NCBI GenBank assembly: GCA_004764695.1
Contig: SMSO01000014.1
Location: forward strand, 4,908,845-4,972,844
Source of the DNA: Schizochytrium sp. TIO01
Lineage: Eukaryota; Protista; Bigyra: Labyrinthulomycetes
DNA length: 64,000 nt
Direction: 5' to 3'
Shown: one piece after another, positions 1 to 13,479 of the stretch
How the letters are laid out: every line of letters starts with the position of its first letter
Position numbering within the stretch: the first letter of the stretch is position 1
The notes under the pieces: model-generated
Databases searched by the model: none
What the model saw: the letters and a program-made list of their open reading frames with translations, nothing else
Told to the model about the DNA's origin: nothing
Program-made: the position numbers and the translations under genes

Positions 1-577
1 CCAAGGATGCTGATGCTTGTGATACTGGTGCCATATTAGAACCAGACAAGGCGCCCCCGATTGTTGGTCTTGCCCCTCCCCGAGATTGTACCAGGTTTTG
101 GTGCTGCAAAGAGCGAGACCTTCCGTGCGAGCTTTTTGCGCCGCGGACTGCCACGCCTCCAAGGTGGCGCCCTGACCCCACGGAGGATTCTGTCGAACCT
201 TGGAAACCTGATTGCCTCGGTTGGAACAGCTTTGGCTGCTGTTGATGTTGCCTTTGTCCAGTTTGGTAATGGTAGAAATGTGGACTTTGTGAATGTTGTT
301 TTTGTCCTTGAAGATACGCGACGTCTTGCCGACCAGATTGTCGTGCGTCGCGCTGCTGGTGTTGGGTGTGTTTTTGATTTTGTTGAAGTTGTTGTTGTTC
401 TTGAAACTGGTCATTTGAGTTTGTGCCAGAGGGCGGCACTGAGCCCAAGCTGGATTCCACTACGCGTGTTCGAACCTTAGTGCGAGCATCCTCAGGCCTG
501 GAATGCGCGGATGTGCGGCCGAGCGCATGGTCGTCACCGGCCCCGGCATCCTGCGCGCCGCCGCGGGCCGAGGCCAT
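1..577 (-). CDS. 5' part of a protein of unknown function with a Gln/His-rich low-complexity N-terminus; runs off the window start
   Basis: Manual translation from ATG at 577 is open to position 2: MASARGGAQDAGAGDDHALG...NDQFQEQQQLQQNQKHTQHQQRDARQ...APVSQASASL. There is an in-frame upstream TGA at 640-638. It is absent from the ORF track because it has no stop in the window. Confidence 0.6.
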   Translation of the reverse strand, partial: MASARGGAQDAGAGDDHALGRTSAHSRPEDARTKVRTRVVESSLGSVPPSGTNSNDQFQEQQQLQQNQKHTQHQQRDARQSGRQDVAYLQGQKQHSQSPHFYHYQTGQRQHQQQPKLFQPRQSGFQGSTESSVGSGRHLGGVAVRGAKSSHGRSRSLQHQNLVQSRGGARPTIGGALSGSNMAPVSQASASL

Positions 578-1225
578 GCCACGACGAGCACCCTTCAGTG
601 CCAATCGGCACCTGAGCGGGGGCCCTCGTGCGTGGCCTCACCGCAGTGTATGCCAGACCTTGCGATATGAAGAGGAAGAGAAGGCTCCTTGCCTGGGGCA
701 CAAGCAGCCTGCTCTGGCTGAGCTCCCTCAACGGGATGTGGAATGTTGAATTCGAATGTGCCGACGATGCGATGACCTGAAGTAACGAAGTTGAGTTGAG
801 TTTTACTGGCGACCCAGGTGGAAGCTCTAGGTTTGACGACAGGACTTTTCAACACGAACAAGGGCCTGGGTCAATGTTCGACCTCTCCTGGTGGGCGGCC
901 TGCGTGCCTTCCTGCCTGCACCGGTTTGAAGGTTTTGATCAATCGATCGATTCATCAATTTAAGTTTGCCTCATGTTTTCGTCATCCCTATTTTTCACCT
1001 TTCTTTTTGAAGCGATTATTCGGAGTTTCATACTCTACACTTTTTCAATGTTTTATTTTCATTCTATTTTTAGTATATTATTATTTAATAATAATAAAAA
1101 TAGTATTATTTTAAAAGCAAAAAGACTTTTTTAAAAGACTTTGGAAATAAATGAACATCTGTATAATTACTCACTATTGAACATCTCTCAACTGTATATC
1201 AGATATAGAGACCAGGGAGAATATT

Positions 1226-1363
1226 TACTGTTGTTTGACCCAACGGCAGGGATCGCAAATCTGCCCGTCAAGTGAACAGTAGCGCAAGGGAAACAATAGC
1301 TCAAGACTGAATTGGATTGTCAGAGGTAATGACTATCGATGAATCAGAACGAGTTATACATCA
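1226..1363 (+). ncRNA. Candidate box H/ACA snoRNA
   Basis: Hairpin 1 is closed by TACTGTT(1226-1232)/AACAGTA(1275-1281) with inner TTGAC/GTCAA and GGCAG/CTGCC. An ANANNA-type hinge AAACAA lies at 1291-1296. Hairpin 2 is closed by ATAGCTC(1296-1302)/GAGTTAT(1351-1357), followed by ACA(1358-1360)+3 nt and a T-run. Pocket arms are ACTGAA(1306-1311) and TCAGAA(1344-1349); the 3' arm starts 14 nt upstream of ACA. Confidence 0.55.
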
Positions 1364-1756
1364 CTCTTTTTTTTTCTTTTTCTTTTTTTAAAATTAAAAT
1401 AGATGTATAAAATTACAAGCATTGAGACACTTTCTTTTCTTTCATCCTTGCTGTTTTTGGTTGCTTTGATTGAACAAGCTTTGAAAATAAAATAAAAATG
1501 TTTTCTTTCTTGCTTCTCCTCTGACACTGTTACCACTCCTCAAAGCATAAGCATCAGTGGAGGGGACTTCTTGCGTCAGTAGTAGTGTTCGCCGTAGCAG
1601 CGAGTTATCGCGTAGGCGTTAAACGAGGGGCCTCGTTCTCACCGCTTTCTACTTCTCCTGTTCTATCGCTACTTTGAACCATCCGCTGTTTTGATTTTGG
1701 GGTTTTTGAACTTCTTTCGCTTTCTCTACTTTCAATTGTAAAACGTTTTCAATGTT

Positions 1757-1858
1757 CAAACCAAAGCAAACCAAAGCAAGCCAAAGCAAGCCGAAGCAAA
1801 CTAAACCAAAGCAAAGCAAACTAAAGCAAACTAAAGCAAACAAAGCAACGCAAAGCAA
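1757..1858 (+). repeat. Degenerate pentanucleotide microsatellite (AAAGC/AAACC)n
   Basis: ccaaagcaaaccaaagcaagccaaagcaag... read directly. Confidence 0.9.
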
Positions 1859-2214
1859 AAAAGCAATCATCGCTACTCTCCAACTCAATGTTTTTATTTC
1901 CCAATCTTTTCACCTGTTTCCCCCTTTTCCGTTCTTCAATAAAACAAACAAACTTTTCAATTTAAAATTAAAACTCAACCAAAAACTAACTTGAAGCAGA
2001 ACAAACAAAATACAGGAACGCAGTGCGCATTATTCATTTCCAGGAGAGAGATGCCAGAAATATCTGCCTTGGATCGAAACCTCCGCCAAGAACCCTCCCA
2101 CAAACTATCCATCCTCACAGAACACGGGCCTTCTCTCGCCAGCTAGCTAGCCTCTGCATGCATCACCCATGCATTGCATGCATCCTCACACACCATTCAC
2201 AGCCAGAATGAATG

Positions 2215-2259
<45 letters not shown>
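2215..2259 (+). repeat. (AATC)n microsatellite
   Basis: About 11 perfect copies. Confidence 0.95.
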
Positions 2260-2482
2260 GAGAAGCAATCGCTGTCTCGAACCCATCGAGTTTTCTGCCG
2301 TTCCTGGAGTTGCTTTCTCCACGCTCTGAGAGCCGAGCCTTGCGCGAGCACTTAATAGTTCTGCCTCAGGCCAAGGCCTTCCCGCTTCCACGCGACGCCA
2401 AGAAGGCCCCAGGGCCGCAGGTGCGAGCAGCGCCAGTAGAGAACGAGCGAGGGAGCTCTCGAAATTGTATCATCGTCGCCTT

Positions 2483-2552
2483 TGATCGATCGATCGATCG
2501 ATCGATTGACTGACTGATTGATTGATTGATTGACTGATTTAATGATTGATCG
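2483..2552 (+). repeat. Compound (GATC)n/(GATT/GACT)n microsatellite
   Basis: tgatcgatcgatcg...gattgactgactgattgattg. Confidence 0.85.
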
Positions 2553-2662
2553 CAATGACTAGGAAGTCCTTTCTTCCTCTTTCCTCCTCACTTCCTTCCT
2601 TCTCTCTCGTTCTCTCTTCGAATCAGATCGATCGATCGATTGATCGATTCCCTTTCCTTTCC

Positions 2663-2735
2663 TTTGCTTTGCTTTGCTTTGCTTTGGTTTGCTTTGCTTT
2701 GCTTTGGTTTGCTTTGCTTTGGTTTGCTTTGCTTT
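2663..2735 (+). repeat. (GCTTT/GGTTT)n pentanucleotide microsatellite
   Basis: Read directly; its unit is the reverse complement of the unit at 1757-1858. Confidence 0.9.
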
Positions 2736-4581
2736 CCTTTCTTCCGCTGTCTTCTCGTTCACCTTCTTCCTCCTTATCTGAAACAACCGGTAATAAACAC
2801 CTCTCTCTGCCTTTATTAGCGCGGCGCTAAGCGAGGACTACGGAAGCAAGTTCCTTCCTCTCTGCGTCGAGGAGGAGGCGTTCTTTCTGTTCTATCATCG
2901 TCATTAATTCATAACTTCATTGATGAATGTTCTTTCCTTTCATTCATTCGTTCGTTCATTGATCTATGTAGCTATCCCTCCCTTCGTAGAAGTAAGAGCA
3001 TAGTCGTCGCCTTTTTTGGAAAAAGAGTTACACTCTTCCAGTTTCCGCGCTAAGCTCCACCTAAGTACCTCCTATGGGGGAAGAAGAAGAAAAGCAGAGT
3101 TTGAAACTCCCATTCTTTTTTCCTTTTTCTTTTTTCTTTTTCTTTTCCTTTTTTGTTTAATTATCGCTTCTGTTTCTGCTTCTTCTTCTTGTTCTTGTTC
3201 TTGTTCTGCTGCAACTGTTGCTCTTTATCGCTCCTCTTTCACCTCCCCGTGTTTTACATGGGTAGTTTTTAGATGTTGTTCATATCATATGTGTGGATGT
3301 AGTTTTTTTTTTAATTAAAATTTTTATTTATTTTTTAAAGTGTCAGAGCAGGATGAGTTTAAGAGAGAACCAGCTCACTCCTGCCATTTTAATTATTTTT
3401 TAAAGTGGAAAACTATTAATTATAAAAGTGTCAGGCTTTGGAACTAAAACATTTTAACTCATGCCAAAGCTGATGTGCTTACATCACTGAGAGCACTTAC
3501 ATTTATTTTTTTAAAATAAATAAGACTTGTGTTCGTATCTCCGAGTCCTTGCGGCCTTTTCCGTGCGTGCTCTGCTTTCCGCATTCGCACGACCACTTTG
3601 TCTGTCTACGCTCAGACGTTCTTTTATCGATCATTATGACGATAGAAACGGCGAAATCATTGAAATAAAGTTTGCTACCTACACTATTTTTAAAATAATC
3701 ATCACAGAACCACTAACTATGTGAAAACCACACAACACAATTCAAACAAATAAACAAAAAACAAACAGAGAAACAAATACCATTGCTAGCTTGAGAATTA
3801 TCTAAGTAGTCGAAGGCCGCATCATGTGAGAACGGGAGTACTTTCGCTTCCCTTTGAGCGCGAGGGGCACCGTTGACTTACCGAGGCCAATTTATTGAAG
3901 GGCTTCAAAGCTTTTTCGTACGTGTATGTACGCCACCATAACAACAATTCTCCAGTTTTATACATTTCCTTTCAGTGGTGCTTCACATCTCCTCAAACAC
4001 AAGAGCAAAGAAGAAACCTGCGATTACGCTATCAGGAGCTAGTTTCATTGGCCTGTTCTGCAAAAAGTAGGTGGTGGGCAAGTACCTAGCTAGCTAGCTA
4101 GCTAGCACTGTATGTGTTCTTAGGTCATGTTCGTTTGAAAATAAATCAGAAGCATGAAAATTTATTTGCTTCAGAGCCACTACCGCAAAGAAGCATGGCT
4201 TCAAAGTTATTTTAATTAAATGTTTTTCTAAAACAAATATTTCAACGAGGAAATAAATCGAAGGTACTTAGTTCGAAGTCTGATTTTCATTGACATCAGA
4301 CGCAAGATCGAAGATCACCTGCAGGCACGCCATATGCATGCGCGAGAAAAGTATCCGTTCTTAGTGGGTTTCGTGTGGTGGTTTGGGAAGGTTCCGTTGC
4401 GCACTTGCTTTGATGCTTAGTTAATTAAGCTGACTGAGTGACTTTGCTGCTTCGTCTTCCGCTTCTTTCGAGTTCCCACTTTCTTCGTGCCTGCTTTCTT
4501 TTTTGCTCCTGCTCGGCATGAAAGATACTATGGCCCATCTTACGAATTAATATGTATTTGACGCTCGTAATCGGCATCATC

Positions 4582-4857
<276 letters not shown>

Positions 4858-5074
4858 CTCCTTGTTTACCTTCGCCGAGTCCTGCCCACCCTGCATGACA
4901 GCCTCGCATTATCGCGTGCTGTGAGGTGCCTGGCGGACTTTCTTTCCTGGTGACAGCTTTCTTTCCAAGCAAGGCGAATTTTCGTTTGCAGAAAGCTTTG
5001 CAGAAAGCTATGCAGTTCTAATGCAGTTTCATGTAATTCCAATGCGATTTCAATCACAGCGCTGAGATTAATGC

Positions 5075-5150
5075 ATGAATGTATGAATGTATGAATGTAT
5101 GAATGTATGAATGTATGAATGTATGAATGTATGAATGTATGAATGTATGA
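5075..5150 (+). repeat. (ATGAATGT)n 8-bp tandem repeat
   Basis: About 9 perfect copies. Confidence 0.95.
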
Positions 5151-5512
5151 AAATAAACATCACCCCTCGATTGATTTGCATCCGTCCATGAGCACCTTTG
5201 AAGTATGGGTACTGCACTCGCACACTCTCACACATCTGAGGCGAAAGAGGTCCCACCGGGCACAAGGTGCGTTGCGACGTAAACAGAGGCGCGAGATTGC
5301 TTTCGGAACAGGCCCGACGCAAACATAGGTACCTACATTCGTTCAGGATTTCGCGCTTCCGTGGTCTCCATGAACTCCACATACCTGTGTAGGAATGAAT
5401 ACCTTTACCTGCCTTGGTATTTATTTCATAGCGGTAGGCGAGGAAAAAATGTTCTTTCCAAAGTCAACTATTCTTGAAGCTCATTTCGGATCAATCGTTA
5501 CAGAATAGAGAC

Positions 5513-5513
5513 A

Positions 5514-5572
<59 letters not shown>
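5513..5572 (+). repeat. (AAAG)n microsatellite
   Basis: About 15 copies. Confidence 0.95.
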
Positions 5573-5573
<1 letters not shown>

Positions 5574-7814
5574 GGGAGTCCTACAACTTTCACCTAATGA
5601 AGAGTTAGTGGCTATAAATAATTAGTGTTGAAAAAATAAGCAAAACAAGAGTACGCATTTCGCATTTCCAAGACGACGACGACGAAGACTTCGACGAGCA
5701 GAGCGACGGCAAGAACGGGAGCGGCAGCAGCCGCCGCAGCATCCGCCTTGCTCTGCCTCGGTATCCTTACGCACGCAGGCATGCATGCCTGGCTGATCGC
5801 GGGCCTGCTGCTTTGGCGCACAGAGTATCTTGGCTAGCGTCTGGAAGAGGCATAAGAAGCATGGACACCGGCACGGGAGCGGGCAACACCTCAGCCAGGC
5901 ACCGCCTCGGTCCTGGCAGACGGAGGCCGTCGTCCCGGAGGCAAACAACCCCGCACGGCGATGGTAGCGTACGCTGCAGCTGGCGACAGAGGTGTCCACG
6001 AGCCCAGCCTCCAGGCTTGAACACGGGAGCAGCGCAAGGAGATGGGCGACGGAATCGGGGCGCTTTCTCGTCTTCTTCGTCCTCTTCGTTTGTAAACTAA
6101 TTCACAATGGTATTAAAATAAATAGGTTAAACTATCTTTGTTGTACCTCTTTTACTTTATTTACTATTCAGGTCTCTCTGATGGTTTGTTTCTTTTCTTG
6201 CTTTACATATTTATCTACTCTTCGTGTATACTGTTAAAATTCATTATATTTTAAACTTAACTTTTAGTTTTTAATTTATTAATTATCATAAAAAGATGTT
6301 TAAAAAAAGATGTTTAAAAAAAAAAGATAAAAATAGTAAAATCGGACCTCTAAAAATCAACAGCAGGATATTGAATATTGTTTGCGGCTGGCTGATGAAG
6401 CTGAAGTAGCATTCTCAGACCGCCAGGAAATGTGGAACAGCCGGGATTAAGTTTGGTGGAGATGAGATCCATCCGCCGAGAAACGTTTTATTTGCAGCCG
6501 CGCCGGTGTATTTGATGAAGAGCAGCGGCCTGGCGGCTGCTCTTGTGGACGCGGTTGTGGTTAAAGGTAACAAGGTTTGCTCACTCTCACTCTCTCTCTC
6601 TCACCGGCGGAGCGGTACGGGCACAAAGTGTCCTACGGAAGTCGGTAGAGGCACTCCCAATCATGGCGTGCTGAGCTCTCCATATATGTTATTTTAAAGA
6701 CTAAGATTACCTGTGTATAATCATTTTAATAACTTGAAACGTTTCTCACCTCGCTGCGGAAGTAGTGGAGGAAATTGGGAATATCTCCACTTGAAGGTTT
6801 CAAAACGACTTCCCTCTCGATTTAGCGCTGCTCCTATCAACACCGACCCTTCGTTAGTTGCCTCTGAAGAAAAAACCAAAGAATAGATATATATGTATAT
6901 ATATACATTCATTTATTTAACCATTTGTCTAAGCATTTATTTATTCATTCATTCACCTGTTCATTCACCTGTTCATTAAATTTTTTCGCGATTAAAAGAA
7001 AACGAAAAGGCTGATGAACCGCCTCTGATTTCGGAAAGCGCTTTGAGCACACAGCAGAAGAAGAGAGTGACAAGGATGAAGAACGATGACAGCAAACGAA
7101 GATCCGCAGAGCTCGCTCACTCAGATCACGCTCGCACTACTGCAGGTGAGCAGAGCAGCACTACTGCTCAGATCCCGCTCCCTCCGCAGAACATATTTCT
7201 CCCTTTTCTCCGCTCGCTTCTCGCACTCACTGGAAAGTATGCGTTCTTTCTTTCTTTCTTGCGAGGCTGATCAGCCTCGATATGACGGACTAGAAAGCAG
7301 CCTGAGATTATGCAGAAATGGTCACGAAGAGGTCTTCTTCGAGGCCAGCAACGAGAAGGAGCTGAGATCGTTGGGAAGCTTTCCGGCGCCCTGGTCGACA
7401 GGGAGCGAGACCCGTCACGGTCAGCAGCCAGTCAGCCCCTTTGAAGATGAATGAATGCACGAAGAAGTGAATGAGCTTCTTCTTCGATGCTACTTCTCAA
7501 AAGCTGACAAAGAAACAAAGGAAGAATCAATCAAAGACACGATCAAAGAAACATCGGATTTTTCTTTGCAAGTTTATGAAGAAGTAGGTTAGTTTTGAAG
7601 TAGTAGATGGATTGACTCAAAATGATGTAAGTGCCGCAGAATAAGATCACTGCGGAGGCATCGATATTTTTTAGGAACCTGAAGAAGAGACCATGGAGCT
7701 GTAGTTTCGCTCTCTCCTGCTCCGGGAGAGTATCTGCTGATGAGCGCGAGCTTTACGGCGCTCCGCTATCACGCTGTGTTAAACCCAAAGTCATTAGGCA
7801 CTCTTATGCGAACT

Positions 7815-8038
7815 GTTGTTTGTTGTGGTTGGTTGGTTTGTTGAATGGTTTATTAATTGGTTGGTTGGATGGTTGGTTGGCTTTAAAGGTTTTAAAAAAT
7901 TGTTTTTTGTTTGTTTGTTTGTTTGTTTGTTTGTTTGTTTGTTTGTTTGTTTGTTTGTTTGTTTGTTTGTTTCGCTTGCTTTCTTTCTTTCTTTCTTTCT
8001 TGCTTGCTTGCTTACTTGCTTGCTTGCTTGCTTGCTTG
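7815..8038 (+). repeat. Compound microsatellite tract (GGTT-like)/(TTTG)n/(TTTC)n/(TTGC)n
   Basis: Read directly; explains the FVCL/LLAC ORFs. Confidence 0.9.
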
Positions 8039-8551
8039 TGGCATACTCGCTGTACGCATCAGCCGAAGAAGTTCGCAGTGTTACGAAATGGTAGACATAA
8101 ACTCTTATTCGTTGCAAGTGACCCAAATCTGGACGCGTGCCGCTGTCTACTTGGCCTTTTTCTCTCTTTCCATCGCGTGTCCCAAGCTCAAGCTCAAAAG
8201 AGTCGAGATGAAACTCCTCGAGTTCTTCATTCATTCAGGAGAACTGCCTAGGTCAATTCCTCGAGTTTCCTTGTTAGTTTGTATTATTCATTCATTCTCC
8301 AATGAAAGAGTTTCTGAGAAGAAAAATAAATCAATTCTGAAGAATGGTAACTTCTTTTTATAGTTTTTTGTAGTGATGACCGTGATGCCATATTTTTATT
8401 ATGCTTATTTCTTAAAGAGAGCTATAAAAGAAACTGTTGTTCGGGGATACCCAGAGAGCTGCCCACAGAAGCTTCATATTGCCAACAACTTCGGTCTTCT
8501 TCTCGAAAACCTGAACACTTCCACCCACTGACTTGGCGGTTGAACTCTCTA

Positions 8552-8598
8552 TTCGCTTCTTCGCTTCTTCGCTTCTTCGCTTCTTCGCTTCTTCGCTT
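8552..8598 (+). repeat. (TTCGCTTC)n 8-bp tandem repeat
   Basis: About 6 copies. Confidence 0.9.
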
Positions 8599-8740
8599 AT
8601 GGGCTCGCTTGCGGGAAACAGCCTTCGCGGAGCTGAGATGAAACTATCTGAGTAAGCAAGCGAGCAAGCAAGCAATCGAAGAGGCGAGTTGAGTTTGACT
8701 ATTTTACGATGGAGAATTCTTTTTCCTAATTTGCTTGGAA

Positions 8741-8771
<31 letters not shown>

Positions 8772-11700
8772 TCTCTGTCGGTGCCGAGACACTGAGTCGG
8801 ACTTGGGGATATATTACTGACCCTATTTTTCAAAAGAGCGTAAATATGATGGAGTGAAAGGTGATTCGATCTGACACTATACTCTTACATATCAGCAAAG
8901 ACCATCGCGGTCGATTGTTGTTGAGCTCGAGGTTGCAATTTCATTATCAGAAAGCGATGCTGCTCACTATTTGTTGCAAACCAAACTCTTGCGGTTTGGG
9001 GGTTTCGTTAACTTCTTTTTCTTTAAGCAAATTAGAATGACCACCATCATGAGGGAAATGGTTTCAAAATTAGGTAGAAGTGAAGGAGAGGAGCCATTTA
9101 TACTTCCGTGCAGAATCCTCTTTGTTTCTTGTTGTTGCTCTGCATTTGTTGCAGGTTCCCTTACAAGTTCTTCATAAAAGGCATTGGGGCCCTGTGATGT
9201 TGGACAGCATGGCCGATGGCGATCCTTACTGATTTGCAGGGCCTTGTGCAGAAACTTTCTTGGAAGCTCATCTCCCATGAGCCAAAATGATACTCCTTAA
9301 CCGATCGTCGATCTTCCCGATGAATTGATTCCATTTGATCAATCAAGCGGGAAGCAAACACGGCAGCAGTACTGCGTAGACCTATAGAGTTTATGCTCCG
9401 CTTCGTCTCCCATTAGTTAGTTAGTTGCCTTATATGTCTGTTTTCATTCAATTAATTAAAAACTTCTTCCAATGTATAAGAAGAAAGAAGAACAACGAGA
9501 TTGCTAACGGGAGTGATAGTAGACCCTACTAGTTCCCCCTTTGCTCTATTCTTTCGCTACTTAAAGAGGAATGAATACACACCCACCTAAGTATTACTGA
9601 TGACATCATCACATCCTACTACAAATGCCGTAATGATGTGGTCTTCGACTCGATGGGAAGAGAAATCCGGCAGCCAACAGACATATGCGCCACATCCCAT
9701 ATAGGTTTGCGATTAACAAGCCCTGTTCAAGGTCAATAATGTACTTGTAATTTAAAGCAAATGGCGAAGGGAATGACTTCACATTCGTGAGGTTAAAAAA
9801 GCAAGTGTAATGTGGTGGTGACGCTGGTGGTTGTTAAATTGTTGCTGCCCGTAACCAATAGAAAAGTCAAGCATGATCTACAAATGCAATGTTTGCGCCC
9901 TTTACAGAGGCGAGCATGCATTCAGTGTACCACTGCATCGGTGGGATTCTCTCAGTGCTGCGTAAGTAAGTTTACATCTCCGTTTTGCTTCATATAAAGC
10001 CCTACAACTTTTGTTTTCGTATGGTTAGTGATAAAAATTTTACGCTTTTCAGTTTAAATTGTAAAACAAAATATAATATAGAGCAACGAATTGGTATTTT
10101 GAAATCAAAAACTTTTAAAACAAATACTCTTTGGCTAATTTTTTGAATATAAAAAAAAAACTTAATTTTAAAAAATCAACCAAACTAACGAAAGTCCCTT
10201 GTTTCTTCATATTCATTAAGATTATAATTGCAATGAATATATTTTAAAGTAAATTTAATTTGTCAATTTAATTAACCTTTAATTGTTTCTATTGCTCTTT
10301 CTTTTTCCTATCTGACTTTTTTCATTATTTCATTATTATATAACTTATAATAGTAATAATTGGTAATCCGCTTGACACTAGCGCCAACACCACTTTGGAA
10401 TTATAAACTAACCTGCTGAATGAGGACCTTCCTAGCTTTGAACGCACGCTTAGAACGTCTGCAGCATTTACGTTTCTCTATTGCGGCTTATATCTTTCAT
10501 GTTTAATTTAATTGTTTTTTACTTTGTCCTGTTATGTATATTTATAAAATTATTTTCGTAACTAGTAATGACAACGCTGAGAGTCGATTTTTTTGGGCGG
10601 AAGACAGCGTTGTGGACACCTCGATAGTACAAACTCAATTGCACTGGCCTGCTCCGTGTCCACGAGAAATCTGGACAAAGATCGAGCGGGGGACGCGCGC
10701 CCTTTTCGAAGCTCTGGCCAAGATCCTCGAAGGCACTCGTTCTCAGCGCAAGCTCAGATGTGCAATGAGAGCGGCACTCTTGCATTCTATCGGTGGTGTG
10801 CGCTCCTTGGTCTTAATAATGCTACAGATACTTATCTACCTACTCTCCTACCTTACTTTGAAGAGCATAAAATGAGATGTTCTTGGTTTCTTTCATTTTT
10901 AATAAGATAACACGATTCCAACTTGATCAAATCATGCATAGATTACCTACGTTTCAATTATGTTTCTGTTGTTTTTTGTTTGATGGCTGCTTGTCAGTGG
11001 AAAACAGCATACAATTTACAAGTTTCGTTTAAACTTGTTAGGAAACCAATCGCTCGCTGTAGGTACTATGGGCATTTTTTATTGTCTTTGTAAGGGAACA
11101 TTAAAAGAGTAGAATGGCTATTCCTACGTGTGCGATGAAGCTTCACAAAGATTGCGCTCCAAATGGACAACAGAATAATTTGCGCGAGTTGAAACCTCAA
11201 ATTTCATGATCAATTATCTGCTCGTGCTAAATTATGAGGAAGCCAACTTGAGGAGAAAATGAAAAATTTAGTGGAGAAAGAGGAAGATCAATCGATCATC
11301 GAATGAAGCTTTTCATAAATGATAGGTCTACATATTACTTACTATTTTATAGGAACAGCAAATCGAAAGTACTGCGAATATGGTATATATTCCATCAATG
11401 TCCGGTTCACGATGCATCAGAACTTTCCGACTTCCTTCCGCTAGACTTTTACACCTCGGCCAACTAACTCTAAGAATAATCATTAAAGGTAATACAAGCA
11501 AGGTTCTCGATCTTCATATGACTGAGAACTTTCTAGTTTTCCCTCCAGAGGGTTTCCATTTCGACTAGATATTCATTTATTGACCCAACAATCTTTTTTG
11601 AGTGCAGAATTAATCTGTTTGGATGTTCCTCTGCGCTTGGAAGGAGAGTGGCGGCCGTCGTTTGCTTCCTGACTTGACTTCAGCTGTAAGCAAGAGTCTA

Positions 11701-12467
11701 CAACTTGAATCAGTGAATGACTGAAAACCCTTTCGGTATAAGAAACCAGATGATATCTTTCCTCGCCGCCAACTCGGACTACCTGCATCCAACTTAGTAG
11801 GTAATTAGGTACTAACCAGTTAGTGCTCCAATCGCCACTACTCTCGTGTCACCAAGCTTCTCCTAGCTAGTGCAGACAAAGACTATTAATCCCCAACACC
11901 GCTAGCAGCAACGCTAGCAGGCTTAGAAGTTTTAAAGGAACCGGGACGCCGCCAAGGACGTGCAACCGCATCTTTAGAAGCTTTGCCCGGTACCATGCGC
12001 GGGCGGCCCCGGTTTGCCACGGTATGAACCGACTTCGTTCAGCCTCCAGCTCTGCTCACACAAGTTGCGAGTGTTCCCCTCTTTCTGGCTCTTCTATTCG
12101 CTACGTTTTGCCGGCGCTAGTGCTGCTTTTCCGTGCAGCTCACTGATTCATCCTCTGACCTCGTTTGAGACCTCCATCTTGGAACTGGAGGTCTCCGCAC
12201 ACTGCAAGTATTACCTTCAGTGCTTCCTAGTACCTGGTAGATGTTAACAGTAGGTGAGGCTCTTGTGCTCTATCTTCACATCTGTATTCTGTATAATAAC
12301 AACTTTTTAATTTCATCAGAAAACTTTGTGTTGTTGTCATTGTTGTTTGTTGTTCTTGTTATTGTTGTGGATAATCGCCTTTGAGGGCGAGAAGCAAAGT
12401 CTTGAAAAGAAGAGGCAGACATCACGAATCAGGTTCATGGGAAGACCTCAGCTCTTTCAGGATTGGC

Positions 12468-12498
<31 letters not shown>

Positions 12499-13118
12499 GC
12501 CAGAGTCAGTCAGAACAAAGGCACCCATCCTTCGATTATCTGATTATTTGAGACGCAGGCTTGCCTGAGCTGCTTATCCGCACTGGGACGAAACTGCTGC
12601 GGAAGCAAGCCTCCTTGACGACCGTAAGTCAGCGCACCGCGGCACACACACTCACACTACACGACGCCTCCATTGCGGCGAGACGGGGACGAACGAACTT
12701 AGGGGCGCGCTAGAGCGTCTGGCTCGCAGGCCCTAAGGAATTCGCCTTAATTTGCCTTCCTTTTGCCAATGCTTTCGCATGTCCGAAGCAAGCAAACATC
12801 GTTGCTTTTGGAATGCAGATCGCTGCTGCAATAAATGCGCAACCTTTGGACATTCGTCATGAAAAGCCACCCACGAGTGGAGGCTGGACTGAAAGCTCGA
12901 CATTAATGCAGCGTGAGAGGAAAGGCACTTCGCATCCTGCTAGAAAACAGTCAATCAATCAATCGATCGATCGATGCGAAATCCCACCCAGCGCTGATGG
13001 TGCCAGCGAAGACTAGACAATCGATCACGTTGTTTCCGGATCACTCACTCACTCACGAGCAGGCCTGGAGAACGGAGCAGGCACTTCAGTGGAGCTGAGC
13101 GGCTCTCGGAGGCCAAGA

Positions 13119-13479
13119 ATACATACATACATACATACATACATACATACATACATACATACATACATACATACATACATACATACATACATACATACAT
13201 ACATACATACATACATACATACATACATACATACATACATACATACATACATACATACATACATACATACATACATACATACATACATACATACATACAT
13301 ACATACATACATACATACATACATACATACATACATACATACATACATACATACATACATACATACATACATACATACATACATACATACATACATACAT
13401 ACATACATACATACATACATACATACATACATACATACATACATACATACATACATACATACATACATACATACATACA
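13119..13479 (+). repeat. (ACAT)~90 perfect microsatellite
   Basis: About 360 bp uninterrupted; explains the MYVC/IHTY ORFs. Confidence 0.98.

Noticed and set aside
61-749. Plus-strand ORFs of 139 and 108 aa
   Set aside because: Antisense shadows of the minus-strand Gln-rich CDS; non-ATG starts
7631-8363. 206/150/146-aa ORFs
   Set aside because: Built on (TTTG)n/(TTGC)n repeats; no domain signal
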